Positions 36,355-44,302 of a stretch of DNA of 64,000 bases are shown here, in pieces (the first letter of the stretch is position 1; each line of letters opens with the position of its first letter). This DNA is from a bacterium (lineage in GTDB: Bacteria; Pseudomonadota; Gammaproteobacteria; UBA9339): assembly GCA_037142515.1 (NCBI GenBank), contig JBAXAM010000003.1, forward strand, positions 9,484 to 73,483, written 5' to 3'. The notes beneath the pieces are model-generated. The model was given only the letters and a program-made list of their open reading frames with translations. It did not search any database and was not told the DNA's origin. The position numbers and the translations under genes were made by a program.

Positions 36355-36395
36355 AAGACATGTTTTTTTGTGAAATTTGAGGGATAGGAAACTTT

Positions 36396-39300
36396 ATGGA
36401 ACAAGATACGGCAAAAAAAGCAGATGAGCAAATAACGCCGATACAAGTCGGTATGTCGCCGCCCGAGTCTAAAAAAGGTCAAAAACCACCATCTATACTT
36501 ACCATTGACAAGGCTTATAATATATTGCTGAGTTCCAGATATCCAGTTAGTGACAATAGTGCAATTGATGAGAATGATGTTGATGAGAAGCGTGTCTCGA
36601 CAGGGAAAATTAATTGCATGATGGAAACGTTGCGGTGTAAGCCTTATCCTAATTGTGAAGCAGTTAAAAAGTGTCCTCTTGATAAATTAGAAAAGGATAA
36701 AGAACGCCTTTTGAGGGAAAGGCTTGATTACGTAGTAAATATGAGTAGCGGTATGTTGTTTCAGGCTATTCCTGAAATAGATTATGGGAAGTCGGATGAC
36801 GCAAGTAAAAAGATTAAAGAGAGTATTGAAAAAGGCATACCAACTTTCGAGATTTTTTTAAAAGAAGCAGGAATAGATATTAACGAAGATGGTAAATATG
36901 CAAATGCTAAAAAACAGCTTGAAGAATTCCATAAAAAATATGATGAAATGCGTGAAAATCTAATCGAACGGAATGTTAAGTTGTACCTTAATGGTGCAAC
37001 TAGAGGAGCCGTGATAGAAGAAGAGGAGGTTTTAGCGGAGAAAATTGCCGTTGAAGGGGAAAGAAAATATAGAGAAAGATTCGAGGCAATGGGAGACGAA
37101 AAAGATTTAAGAGAGTTACAAAATATGCATAAAGGCATGGATGATGCCACTTTTATGGGTCAATTGGCTAAGTTTAATCCGAAGACATCGTCATACAGAA
37201 CTATTGATGACCTGTTAGAGGGCGAAACACAAAAAGTCCCTAATTCTAATGGATTGTATGTTAGGTGTGGCAGTGATGGTGAAAAAATTTTTATCCTTAA
37301 AGAGCCTAATAGGGAAAATACCCTGAAGGTTATTGAAGCAAAAAAAAATAAAGAACAAATTAATTGGACTGGTGTTTCTGAAACTGACTATGCTAGACAA
37401 AGTGAAATACTGACGCTGTGCTTAGCAGCGGGGAAAAAATGTACTATTAATGGAAAAAAACTTCCATTATCAGAAACAATGCCATCAGGAGAGCCAGAAA
37501 ACTATACTCAGTGGGTTAAAAATATTATTGAGTTATATGGGTCGGATGAGAAAAAGCGTGCTGAGCTTTTGAAACAGTTGGGTCGTGTTCTCGACGAGAA
37601 AGGACCTGATGAAAAAGAAAAATTTTTGTTTCATCTGAGCGAGAACGGTTCAGTGGAAGAGCGCAAGGTGGCTGAGGAAGCTATGAGAGGAACTGGGGTT
37701 ATAGTTCGAAATAGAATTGTTGATGAAAGTCATTGGTATGATAATACTGCTCCGGGAAAGGAAAAGAAAACGAGAACGTATAGATACGACGAAGAAACGC
37801 CGTGTTTAAAAGATGTTGTTGTTAAAAAATTAGAAGCGGCTGAAAAAAAATTACTTGAAGCAATGGGAACAGAACCAAGAGATGAACCGTATATAGCTCA
37901 ATGTAAGGCCGAAGTTGATAATCGTAGTAAAGCTCTTATGAAGCTCATTGAAAGCAATACGGAAGAAGAGAACGTTAAAGCGAGATCAATACTGGGGTTT
38001 AACGAGAGGTATATTGATCGGTTAGACGATATTGCAAAAAAAATAGCAAAAGCAGAAGAGCGGCAAGGCACGATGGTGAAAAAAGCGGAAGAGGAGAAGG
38101 CCGGTGCATTAGAAAAAGTAAGAAGATTGTCGTTGCCAGAAGAAAAAAGAAATCTAATTGAGTATATTGAAAAGCTAGAAAAATTAGAAGAGCTAGAAAA
38201 ACTAGAAAACCCGGACAAAGCAGATGAAATTAAAAAGTTGAAAGAGGAGATGGCTAAGTTAGAAAATGTTGTAGTGGAAGGAAAAAATACTGTGAATGGT
38301 TTGAAAGTATTAAATGAAGAAATTTATAAGTGCGCAGACGATTTGAAAGGCTTAGAAAAGGATAATAAGGAGTTATCAAAAAAACTAGAAGCACCCGACA
38401 AAGCAGATAAAGAAAAGGTAAATAATTTTTTAGAAAAGCTAAAAGAACGAGACAAGGCGAGAAAAAGCGACGAACCTGATGAAGAAAAAATAAAGGAACT
38501 GAAAGGGGCGCTTGGCGTCTTACAAGAGAGTTTAGGAAAAGATGTGGATTCTTTACTAGAGGTAGATTCGGAAATTGCGACGAAGCGTAAAGATTTGAAA
38601 AGAAGTAAAAAATATAAAAGCGAGTTGTTGGTAACTGCAAAAAAAATGCTTGAGAAAAAAGTAGATGTAGATGATGCTCCGGTGCTGTCGTTAAAAGAAT
38701 ATCTTAAAAAACGAAAAGAAGCGGCAGATGCTACTGATATTTTAGAAAAAACGAGATTGGAAAATGAGCTGAAAGTAGCGAAAGACAAAGTTGTTGATGG
38801 TGAAAAAAAAGATGTAAATGATTTAGTAGAAAAAGATGAGGCCGTTGAAAAAGCAGTTAAGGATGTGGCAGAAAAGAAAAAAGCTCAAGATGGAGCATTA
38901 AAAGAAGTAAAAACGCTTAGTAATACAGTCTCAGTAAATGAAAAACCATTGTTAGATAGTTATATTAAAAGCCACGAAGAATTGGAAAAAGAAAATAAAA
39001 AAGGTGATAAGTGCGATAAGGCTGTAGTAAAAAAACTGGAAGAAAATCTGGCGTTAGCGGAAACAGGACTTCAAAGCAAGGAGTCTCAGCTAGCTTTAAC
39101 AAATTTAAAAAAACACGATCAAGAACTTAAGACGGCAAATGATAGCAAGAAAGAAGCAGAAGCGGAGCGCGATGAGTCCCTAAAAAAAGTAACAGAGCCG
39201 GTAATACAGATGCAGTTAAGGGGGTATCTTAAAAAACGAAAAGAGCTAGAAGGTGAAAATAAAAAAGGCGGTAAGCGTGATAACAAGAAAGTTGAAGAAC

Positions 39301-41558
39301 TAAAAAATGAGATGGCTGCTTTAGTGGGGGAAATAAAGTCACTAGGGGATAATAATGCAGTCAAAGCTATAGAAGCTTTAGAAAAATCAGAAGAAGGTAA
39401 TCCGGAAGAAGAAAAAGTAAAAAATTCGATAATAGAATCGAGAAATGAGTTTGATGCTGCGGAGGTAGGTCTTTTATGGTCCATTGAGAACAATCCAGAG
39501 CAATTAAAAGAGCTTGTGAGTAAATTGAGCAAGCATCCAAAGGGGTTCAAAGATATTGTCAAGAATGTTAAAAATGATCAAAGACAAGCTTTTCAAACAG
39601 CTTGTGTTAACGCATTAGACGAGCTTGTTGATGAAGAAGAACAGCGCATACAAGCTGGTGCCATAGCAGAAACGCTAGCAAGTTTTCCTGTTGATCCTGC
39701 GAACCCAGAGCGATCGAGCCCAGAGCAATTAAAGGAGCTCTGGGCTAATATTAAAAAAGCTAAAAATGAAAAAGTTGTTGATCTATGTGCCTCTTGTTTG
39801 AAGCCAGAGCAAAAAGCTATTTTATTAGCAGATAAAGCTGAGTTATTACTTAGGGTTTCTCCAGAAAAGATAGGAGAAGTAAGAAGTGAGGTTGAAGTAA
39901 ATAAAAAATCTTGTGAAGCAGTTAAGCAGCCGCGTTCTGATAAGTTTGAAGCATATTTAAATAAACGAAAGGAGTTATTGCAAAAAGGTTACTTTGCGGA
40001 AGAAGATGTAACGCTCCTTAATGGTTTAGCGGTAGATATTAAAAAATCGGCAGAATTAAAAGTTGCAAAAGGCATGCAGATGGCAGATGAAAAATTGCAG
40101 AAAATAGAAGGCGATTTAAATGATGCTAAGAAGGATATTGGTTTGATTATTGGAGCAACTAAAAAACCAGAAGAATTACGCGAACTTTGGGTTAGGCTTA
40201 GTAGTAATAATACACTAGAAGAAAAGCTCAGTGTATATAGAAAACATTTTAGTGAAGAGCAAAAAAATGGTTTGCAAAAGCACTATACTGATGTGTTAAA
40301 AGAGACTAATGAGAAATTAGGAAAAGCGACAACTAATGTTGAAAAAGATAGTCTAAATAAAGAACTTGTTAAAATACGAAAGGAACAATTGAGTTTTATT
40401 GGAACAGATCCAAGACGATTATTAGATACAAGTAAGGTGCAAGAAGCTACAGATGCAGCAGCAAGAGGGACTAAGGCAATAAGTGACTGGGCAGGGCGAG
40501 GAAATAAATTACCAGGGGAAGGCACATTGCTTTTTATTTATCTTGATAATCGAAAGAAACTAAATGACAAAATAAAGGAACTACGAAAGGCAGGTACGAG
40601 CATTGCTAATAACGAGGAAGTTAATAAATTGAGACAAAACGTCGCCGACGCAGTGAAAAATATAGAGGTAGAAGTAGAGAAAAAAGAAAACAAGAAGGAA
40701 AATATAAAAGAAGAAGCAGGTCTGGTAGCGTTGTTAGAAGCCGAAGATAAAAAGATAATGGAAGTAGAGCAGGAGGAAATCGATGGACTCGCTAAAGATT
40801 TATCTGAAGAGCAAGAAGGCGCTTTATTAAAATACTGTGGGGATACGATAAGCGACAAATGCGTTCCGCAATTTGAAAAAGGAGTTAAGGAGGCTGAAGC
40901 TGCTTTAGCTGAAAAGTTAAAGGTAGTAGAGGGAATTAAGGGTGTTAGGTCTGTTGTGGAATATGGGGGCGAGCGAAAGAAGTTGGTGGAAAAACGAAAG
41001 GAACTAGAGGGATTTAAAAGGGCTTTAAAAACATTGGATGAAGTGTTAAAAAAGAACCCAAACGATGCTGGTCTTGCTGAAGAGAAAAAAGATATAGAAG
41101 AGAAGATAAAAAAAGCCACTAAAGAAATTGAAGGCTTACAAGTAAAGGTCACCGATGCGACGAAAAAAGTGCCTGACAAAGAAGGAAGAAGGGCTGTAGA
41201 TGGCGTAGAAGAAGCGGATAAGGAGTTGCAAAAACAACGAGAAGGTTTAGAAAAAGCTAGAAATGACAGAGATGCGGGATTGCTTGCAGCTATAGAGAAA
41301 ATATATGGATTTCTTGTTGCTAATGGAGCTAAAAGACCAGGGATTACAATTACAAATCTGACAAAAGAAATGCAAAACCCTCAAACTCGATTAGAAGTAT
41401 TAAATGGACTACCAGAACCTTATGGGACGGCGGTAAAAAAAGAAAAAGCTTATATTGATTTAGTAAAAGAAGTTGAAAAACTAAAGCAACCTCAAAAAGA
41501 ACAAGAGCCCGGAAAACAAAATATCAATAGATCTGTGATGAGGTCCAACAACAGCTGA
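36396..41558 (+). CDS. giant Lys/Glu-rich repetitive coiled-coil protein (1720 aa), candidate secreted effector
   Basis: An uninterrupted 5.2-kb ORF with GGATAGGAAAC upstream of the ATG. The protein is dominated by K/E/L heptad-like stretches (for example EKLEKLEELEKLENPDKADEIKKLKEEMAKLE). I recognised no enzymatic motif. Confidence 0.85.
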   Translation: MEQDTAKKADEQITPIQVGMSPPESKKGQKPPSILTIDKAYNILLSSRYPVSDNSAIDENDVDEKRVSTGKINCMMETLRCKPYPNCEAVKKCPLDKLEKDKERLLRERLDYVVNMSSGMLFQAIPEIDYGKSDDASKKIKESIEKGIPTFEIFLKEAGIDINEDGKYANAKKQLEEFHKKYDEMRENLIERNVKLYLNGATRGAVIEEEEVLAEKIAVEGERKYRERFEAMGDEKDLRELQNMHKGMDDATFMGQLAKFNPKTSSYRTIDDLLEGETQKVPNSNGLYVRCGSDGEKIFILKEPNRENTLKVIEAKKNKEQINWTGVSETDYARQSEILTLCLAAGKKCTINGKKLPLSETMPSGEPENYTQWVKNIIELYGSDEKKRAELLKQLGRVLDEKGPDEKEKFLFHLSENGSVEERKVAEEAMRGTGVIVRNRIVDESHWYDNTAPGKEKKTRTYRYDEETPCLKDVVVKKLEAAEKKLLEAMGTEPRDEPYIAQCKAEVDNRSKALMKLIESNTEEENVKARSILGFNERYIDRLDDIAKKIAKAEERQGTMVKKAEEEKAGALEKVRRLSLPEEKRNLIEYIEKLEKLEELEKLENPDKADEIKKLKEEMAKLENVVVEGKNTVNGLKVLNEEIYKCADDLKGLEKDNKELSKKLEAPDKADKEKVNNFLEKLKERDKARKSDEPDEEKIKELKGALGVLQESLGKDVDSLLEVDSEIATKRKDLKRSKKYKSELLVTAKKMLEKKVDVDDAPVLSLKEYLKKRKEAADATDILEKTRLENELKVAKDKVVDGEKKDVNDLVEKDEAVEKAVKDVAEKKKAQDGALKEVKTLSNTVSVNEKPLLDSYIKSHEELEKENKKGDKCDKAVVKKLEENLALAETGLQSKESQLALTNLKKHDQELKTANDSKKEAEAERDESLKKVTEPVIQMQLRGYLKKRKELEGENKKGGKRDNKKVEELKNEMAALVGEIKSLGDNNAVKAIEALEKSEEGNPEEEKVKNSIIESRNEFDAAEVGLLWSIENNPEQLKELVSKLSKHPKGFKDIVKNVKNDQRQAFQTACVNALDELVDEEEQRIQAGAIAETLASFPVDPANPERSSPEQLKELWANIKKAKNEKVVDLCASCLKPEQKAILLADKAELLLRVSPEKIGEVRSEVEVNKKSCEAVKQPRSDKFEAYLNKRKELLQKGYFAEEDVTLLNGLAVDIKKSAELKVAKGMQMADEKLQKIEGDLNDAKKDIGLIIGATKKPEELRELWVRLSSNNTLEEKLSVYRKHFSEEQKNGLQKHYTDVLKETNEKLGKATTNVEKDSLNKELVKIRKEQLSFIGTDPRRLLDTSKVQEATDAAARGTKAISDWAGRGNKLPGEGTLLFIYLDNRKKLNDKIKELRKAGTSIANNEEVNKLRQNVADAVKNIEVEVEKKENKKENIKEEAGLVALLEAEDKKIMEVEQEEIDGLAKDLSEEQEGALLKYCGDTISDKCVPQFEKGVKEAEAALAEKLKVVEGIKGVRSVVEYGGERKKLVEKRKELEGFKRALKTLDEVLKKNPNDAGLAEEKKDIEEKIKKATKEIEGLQVKVTDATKKVPDKEGRRAVDGVEEADKELQKQREGLEKARNDRDAGLLAAIEKIYGFLVANGAKRPGITITNLTKEMQNPQTRLEVLNGLPEPYGTAVKKEKAYIDLVKEVEKLKQPQKEQEPGKQNINRSVMRSNNS

Positions 41559-41563
41559 GCGTT

Positions 41564-42034
41564 TTATATAATCTCTCTCCGAGCTTTGAAGAAGTCTGAC
41601 AAGATTTTGCTGCATTCAATAGCGAGAATATAGCCTTGGTATTCGATTTTGTGATTTGAATTTTTTTCATCTAATAATTTAAAAACACTTACAACCGCTC
41701 CGGTTTTTGGATCTAATGCTCCAAAAACCAAGCGTTTAATGCGTGAGTGCAACATGGCGCCAACACACATTGCGCATGGTTCTAGAGTCACATATAAAGT
41801 CACGTCAGGTAAGCGATAATTATTTAATTTTTGTGCGGCCTGTCTTAAAGCTATAATTTCTGCGTGTGCTGTTGGATCGCAAGTACTGATAGGGCAGTTA
41901 AATCCTTCGCCAATTATTTCATTATTTACTACGGAAATAGCACCAACTGGCACTTCATTGGCGCTCTTGGCTTTTTCTGCCATCCTAAGCGCGTGCTGCA
42001 TAAAAAAAATATCTTGTGATCTTGAATTAGGCAT
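41564..42034 (-). CDS. tadA: tRNA adenosine(34) deaminase
   Basis: MQHALRMAEKAKSANEVPVGAI..., HAEIIALR and LYVTLEPCAMCVGAM (the CDA zinc motifs H-A-E / PCxxC). Confidence 0.93.
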   Translation of the reverse strand: MPNSRSQDIFFMQHALRMAEKAKSANEVPVGAISVVNNEIIGEGFNCPISTCDPTAHAEIIALRQAAQKLNNYRLPDVTLYVTLEPCAMCVGAMLHSRIKRLVFGALDPKTGAVVSVFKLLDEKNSNHKIEYQGYILAIECSKILSDFFKARREII

Positions 42035-42038
42035 TAAG

Positions 42039-42320
42039 TTATTTTTTTAAGTTGCGATAAAAGTTTTCATGTGTCCCAACATCTAGCAAGATAATTTCTT
42101 TTTTTGATTCGTAATACTTATATGCAATCAAAGTAAGCTGGCCTATCATATGAAATTTATAGACTTTCACACCTAAGCAATCTCCTTTTTTATTTTCTCC
42201 AATGTTGGGATTGACACGTATTTTTTCGATACTTTTTTCTAATGAGATTGCTTGATTGTTGTGTAGCCTTTTTGCCGAACGCTTGAAAGCGTTAGTTTTG
42301 TTTATTTGCACTAAACTCAC
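42039..42320 (-). CDS. type II toxin, RelE/ParE superfamily
   Basis: A 93-aa ORF reading ...FKRSAKRL..NQAISLEKSIEKIRVNPNIGENKKGDCLGVKVYKF.MIGQLTLIAYKY...KEIILLDVGTHENFYRNLK. This is the typical RelE/ParE fold pattern, and the ORF overlaps the upstream antitoxin gene by 29 nt. Confidence 0.75.
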   Translation of the reverse strand: MSLVQINKTNAFKRSAKRLHNNQAISLEKSIEKIRVNPNIGENKKGDCLGVKVYKFHMIGQLTLIAYKYYESKKEIILLDVGTHENFYRNLKK

Positions 42321-42534
42321 CCTTTGTATATGGTTCTACTCTTCCAGCGTCGACATCTGCCAACCCCTCAAAAATTTTTATAATAAATTCAACTGGCAAA
42401 TCTGGATTGTCTATGGCGGCGCGTCCAATTTTTGCCCAATAAGCTATTTGATTAGGAACAGAGCGATATTGCGCTTGCGCTATTGGCTTTGCTGCGTTAT
42501 AAAGCTCTTCGTTAATTTTTATTGCAATGCTCAT
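42292..42534 (-). CDS. ParD-like type II antitoxin
   Basis: An 80-aa ORF reading MSIAIKINEELYNAAKPIAQAQYRSVPNQIAYWAKIGRAAIDNPDLPVEFI. This resembles the ParD_like antitoxin family as I remember it, and it sits immediately 5' of the toxin. Confidence 0.7.
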   Translation of the reverse strand: MSIAIKINEELYNAAKPIAQAQYRSVPNQIAYWAKIGRAAIDNPDLPVEFIIKIFEGLADVDAGRVEPYTKGEFSANKQN

Positions 42535-42558
42535 AATTTACCTATTTAAGTATCGATT

Positions 42559-42574
42559 AGTTACAATAGTAACT
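42559..42574. promoter_or_regulatory. candidate operator palindrome of the TA operon
   Basis: AGTTACaataGTAACT (6-4-6 inverted repeat) lies 25 nt upstream of the antitoxin start. On the reverse strand it follows TTGACA-N17-TAAGTT. Confidence 0.4.
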
Positions 42575-42622
42575 TATATAAACTTTAATGAATTGTCAAG
42601 AATATGTTAATATTACATACTG

Positions 42623-43819
42623 ATGAACATAATGCCAGAGAGAAAAATTTTTAAAGTATCGCAAATTAATGCTGCAGCTAGAGCAATTCTAGAAGCCAAT
42701 TTTGATCACGTGTGGATTGAAGGAGAAATATCAAATCTGGCCGAACCAAGCTCTGGTCATATCTATTTCTCACTTAAAGATGAATCAGCTCAAGTTCGTG
42801 CGGCAATGTTTCGTAGTAGAAAATTGGCTCTTAAGTTTCAGCCAAAAGATGGAGTGCACGTAATTGTTAGCGCACAAATTAGCCTCTATGAGCCAAGAGG
42901 TGACTATCAGCTAATTATTGAACATATGGAACCTGCTGGCGTCGGAGTTTTGCATGCTAAATTTTTGCAGCTGAAGGCAAAGCTCGAAGCTGAAAAGCTT
43001 TTCGATGTTAAATACAAAAAGCCTTTGCCAAAGTTACCGCGATGTATTGGTGTGATCACTTCGCCAACCGGTGCTGCAATTCGCGATATTTTGAGTGTGC
43101 TCAAACGCCGTTTTGCAGGCGTTACTGTTATTATTTATCCCACGCAGGTACAGGGCAGTGAAGCAGCTGCGCAAATTGTCTTAGCATTGCAGACTGCAAA
43201 CATGCGTCATGAGAGTGATGTATTAATTTTAGCGCGTGGCGGCGGGTCTCTGGAAGACTTGTGGTCGTTTAATGAAGAAGTTGTTGCGCGTGCGATTTTT
43301 GCGAGCTCTATTCCGGTTGTTAGTGCGGTTGGACACGAAACTGATTTTACGATTGCTGATTTTGTTGCTGATATGCGAGCACCGACACCATCAGCTGCGG
43401 CGGAGCTTGCGGTTCCGGATGCTGTGGAATGGTTGGCGGCTTTAGTAAATTTTAAGCAAAGATTAATTAATTTAATACAATATAAATTACAACAAACGAA
43501 ATTATTATTAGAAAGTTTAAAAAATCGTTTGCGCCCCCCGCAGTATTATTTATCCCAGCAAGCGCAACGTTTGGATGAAGTGGAGCGCCGCCTTCATATG
43601 GCAATGCAGCATCAACTAACTTATTGGCAGCATCGACTAGTCAAAGCGAGCGCTGCACTTAATTTAGTTAGTCCGCTCGCAACACTAGTACGTGGTTATG
43701 CAATTGTCAGCAAGGATAGCAGAGTAGTACAAACAACCAAAGACGTTATTGTCGGTGATGCGATACAAACAAAATTGGCGGATGGAACACTTTGTTGTTT
43801 GGTAGAAAAAATAATCTAG
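42623..43819 (+). CDS. xseA: exodeoxyribonuclease VII large subunit
   Basis: ...VSQINAAARAILEANFDHVWIEGEISNLAEPSSGHIYFSLKD..AQVRAAMFR...IGVITSPTGAAIRDIL...RGGGSLEDLWSFNEE. Confidence 0.95.
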   Translation: MNIMPERKIFKVSQINAAARAILEANFDHVWIEGEISNLAEPSSGHIYFSLKDESAQVRAAMFRSRKLALKFQPKDGVHVIVSAQISLYEPRGDYQLIIEHMEPAGVGVLHAKFLQLKAKLEAEKLFDVKYKKPLPKLPRCIGVITSPTGAAIRDILSVLKRRFAGVTVIIYPTQVQGSEAAAQIVLALQTANMRHESDVLILARGGGSLEDLWSFNEEVVARAIFASSIPVVSAVGHETDFTIADFVADMRAPTPSAAAELAVPDAVEWLAALVNFKQRLINLIQYKLQQTKLLLESLKNRLRPPQYYLSQQAQRLDEVERRLHMAMQHQLTYWQHRLVKASAALNLVSPLATLVRGYAIVSKDSRVVQTTKDVIVGDAIQTKLADGTLCCLVEKII

Positions 43820-44298
43820 CGAGTTTCTGATAGCTTAATGATATTTTGGTTGCTCGAACCGCGGAAGGACAGATTGAGATCGTTTTTGTTTACGTCATAT
43901 GGTCCATCAATCAAAATGTCAGTTGATTGCAAAAATTTTTCAATTGCTGGATTTTTTGTTGCCATAGAGAGTAACTCAGCGTAGTAATATCCACTGTAGG
44001 TTATAATATTTAAATTATTTTTATTTTGTTTTATTAACTCAGCTAATTTTGCACAGGCAGCTGCTTGTGCGAACGGTTCTCCTCCAGAAAATGTTACGCC
44101 ATCGATTAATTTTGTTTCGTTGATCGAGTCCAATAGCTTGGTAATGGAAATATCATAACCACCAGCAAAATCTTGAGTGTCTGGATTGTGGCAGCCGACG
44201 CAGCGATGCGGGCACCCTTGGGTAAAAATTACATAGCGTAGTCCCGGTCCATCGACGACGCTTTCTTTAATTATTCCTGCTATGCGAAGTTGAGTCAT
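43816..44298 (-). CDS. nrdG: anaerobic ribonucleoside-triphosphate reductase activating protein
   Basis: ...ESVVDGPGLRYVIFTQGCPHRCVGCHNP (radical-SAM CxxxCxxC) and GVTFSGGEP. I used ATG 44298, 4 nt after the nrdD stop codon. Confidence 0.92.
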   Translation of the reverse strand: MTQLRIAGIIKESVVDGPGLRYVIFTQGCPHRCVGCHNPDTQDFAGGYDISITKLLDSINETKLIDGVTFSGGEPFAQAAACAKLAELIKQNKNNLNIITYSGYYYAELLSMATKNPAIEKFLQSTDILIDGPYDVNKNDLNLSFRGSSNQNIIKLSETR

Positions 44299-44302
44299 AC
44301 AG

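Noticed and set aside
36782-41179. Series of reverse-strand ORFs of 61-213 aa (for example 38324-38788, 39119-39562, 40538-41179) inside the giant coiled-coil gene.
   Set aside because: Their Ser/Phe/Leu-rich translations are the expected antisense reading of GAA/AAA/AAG-rich codons. They are a by-product of the strong purine skew, not genes.
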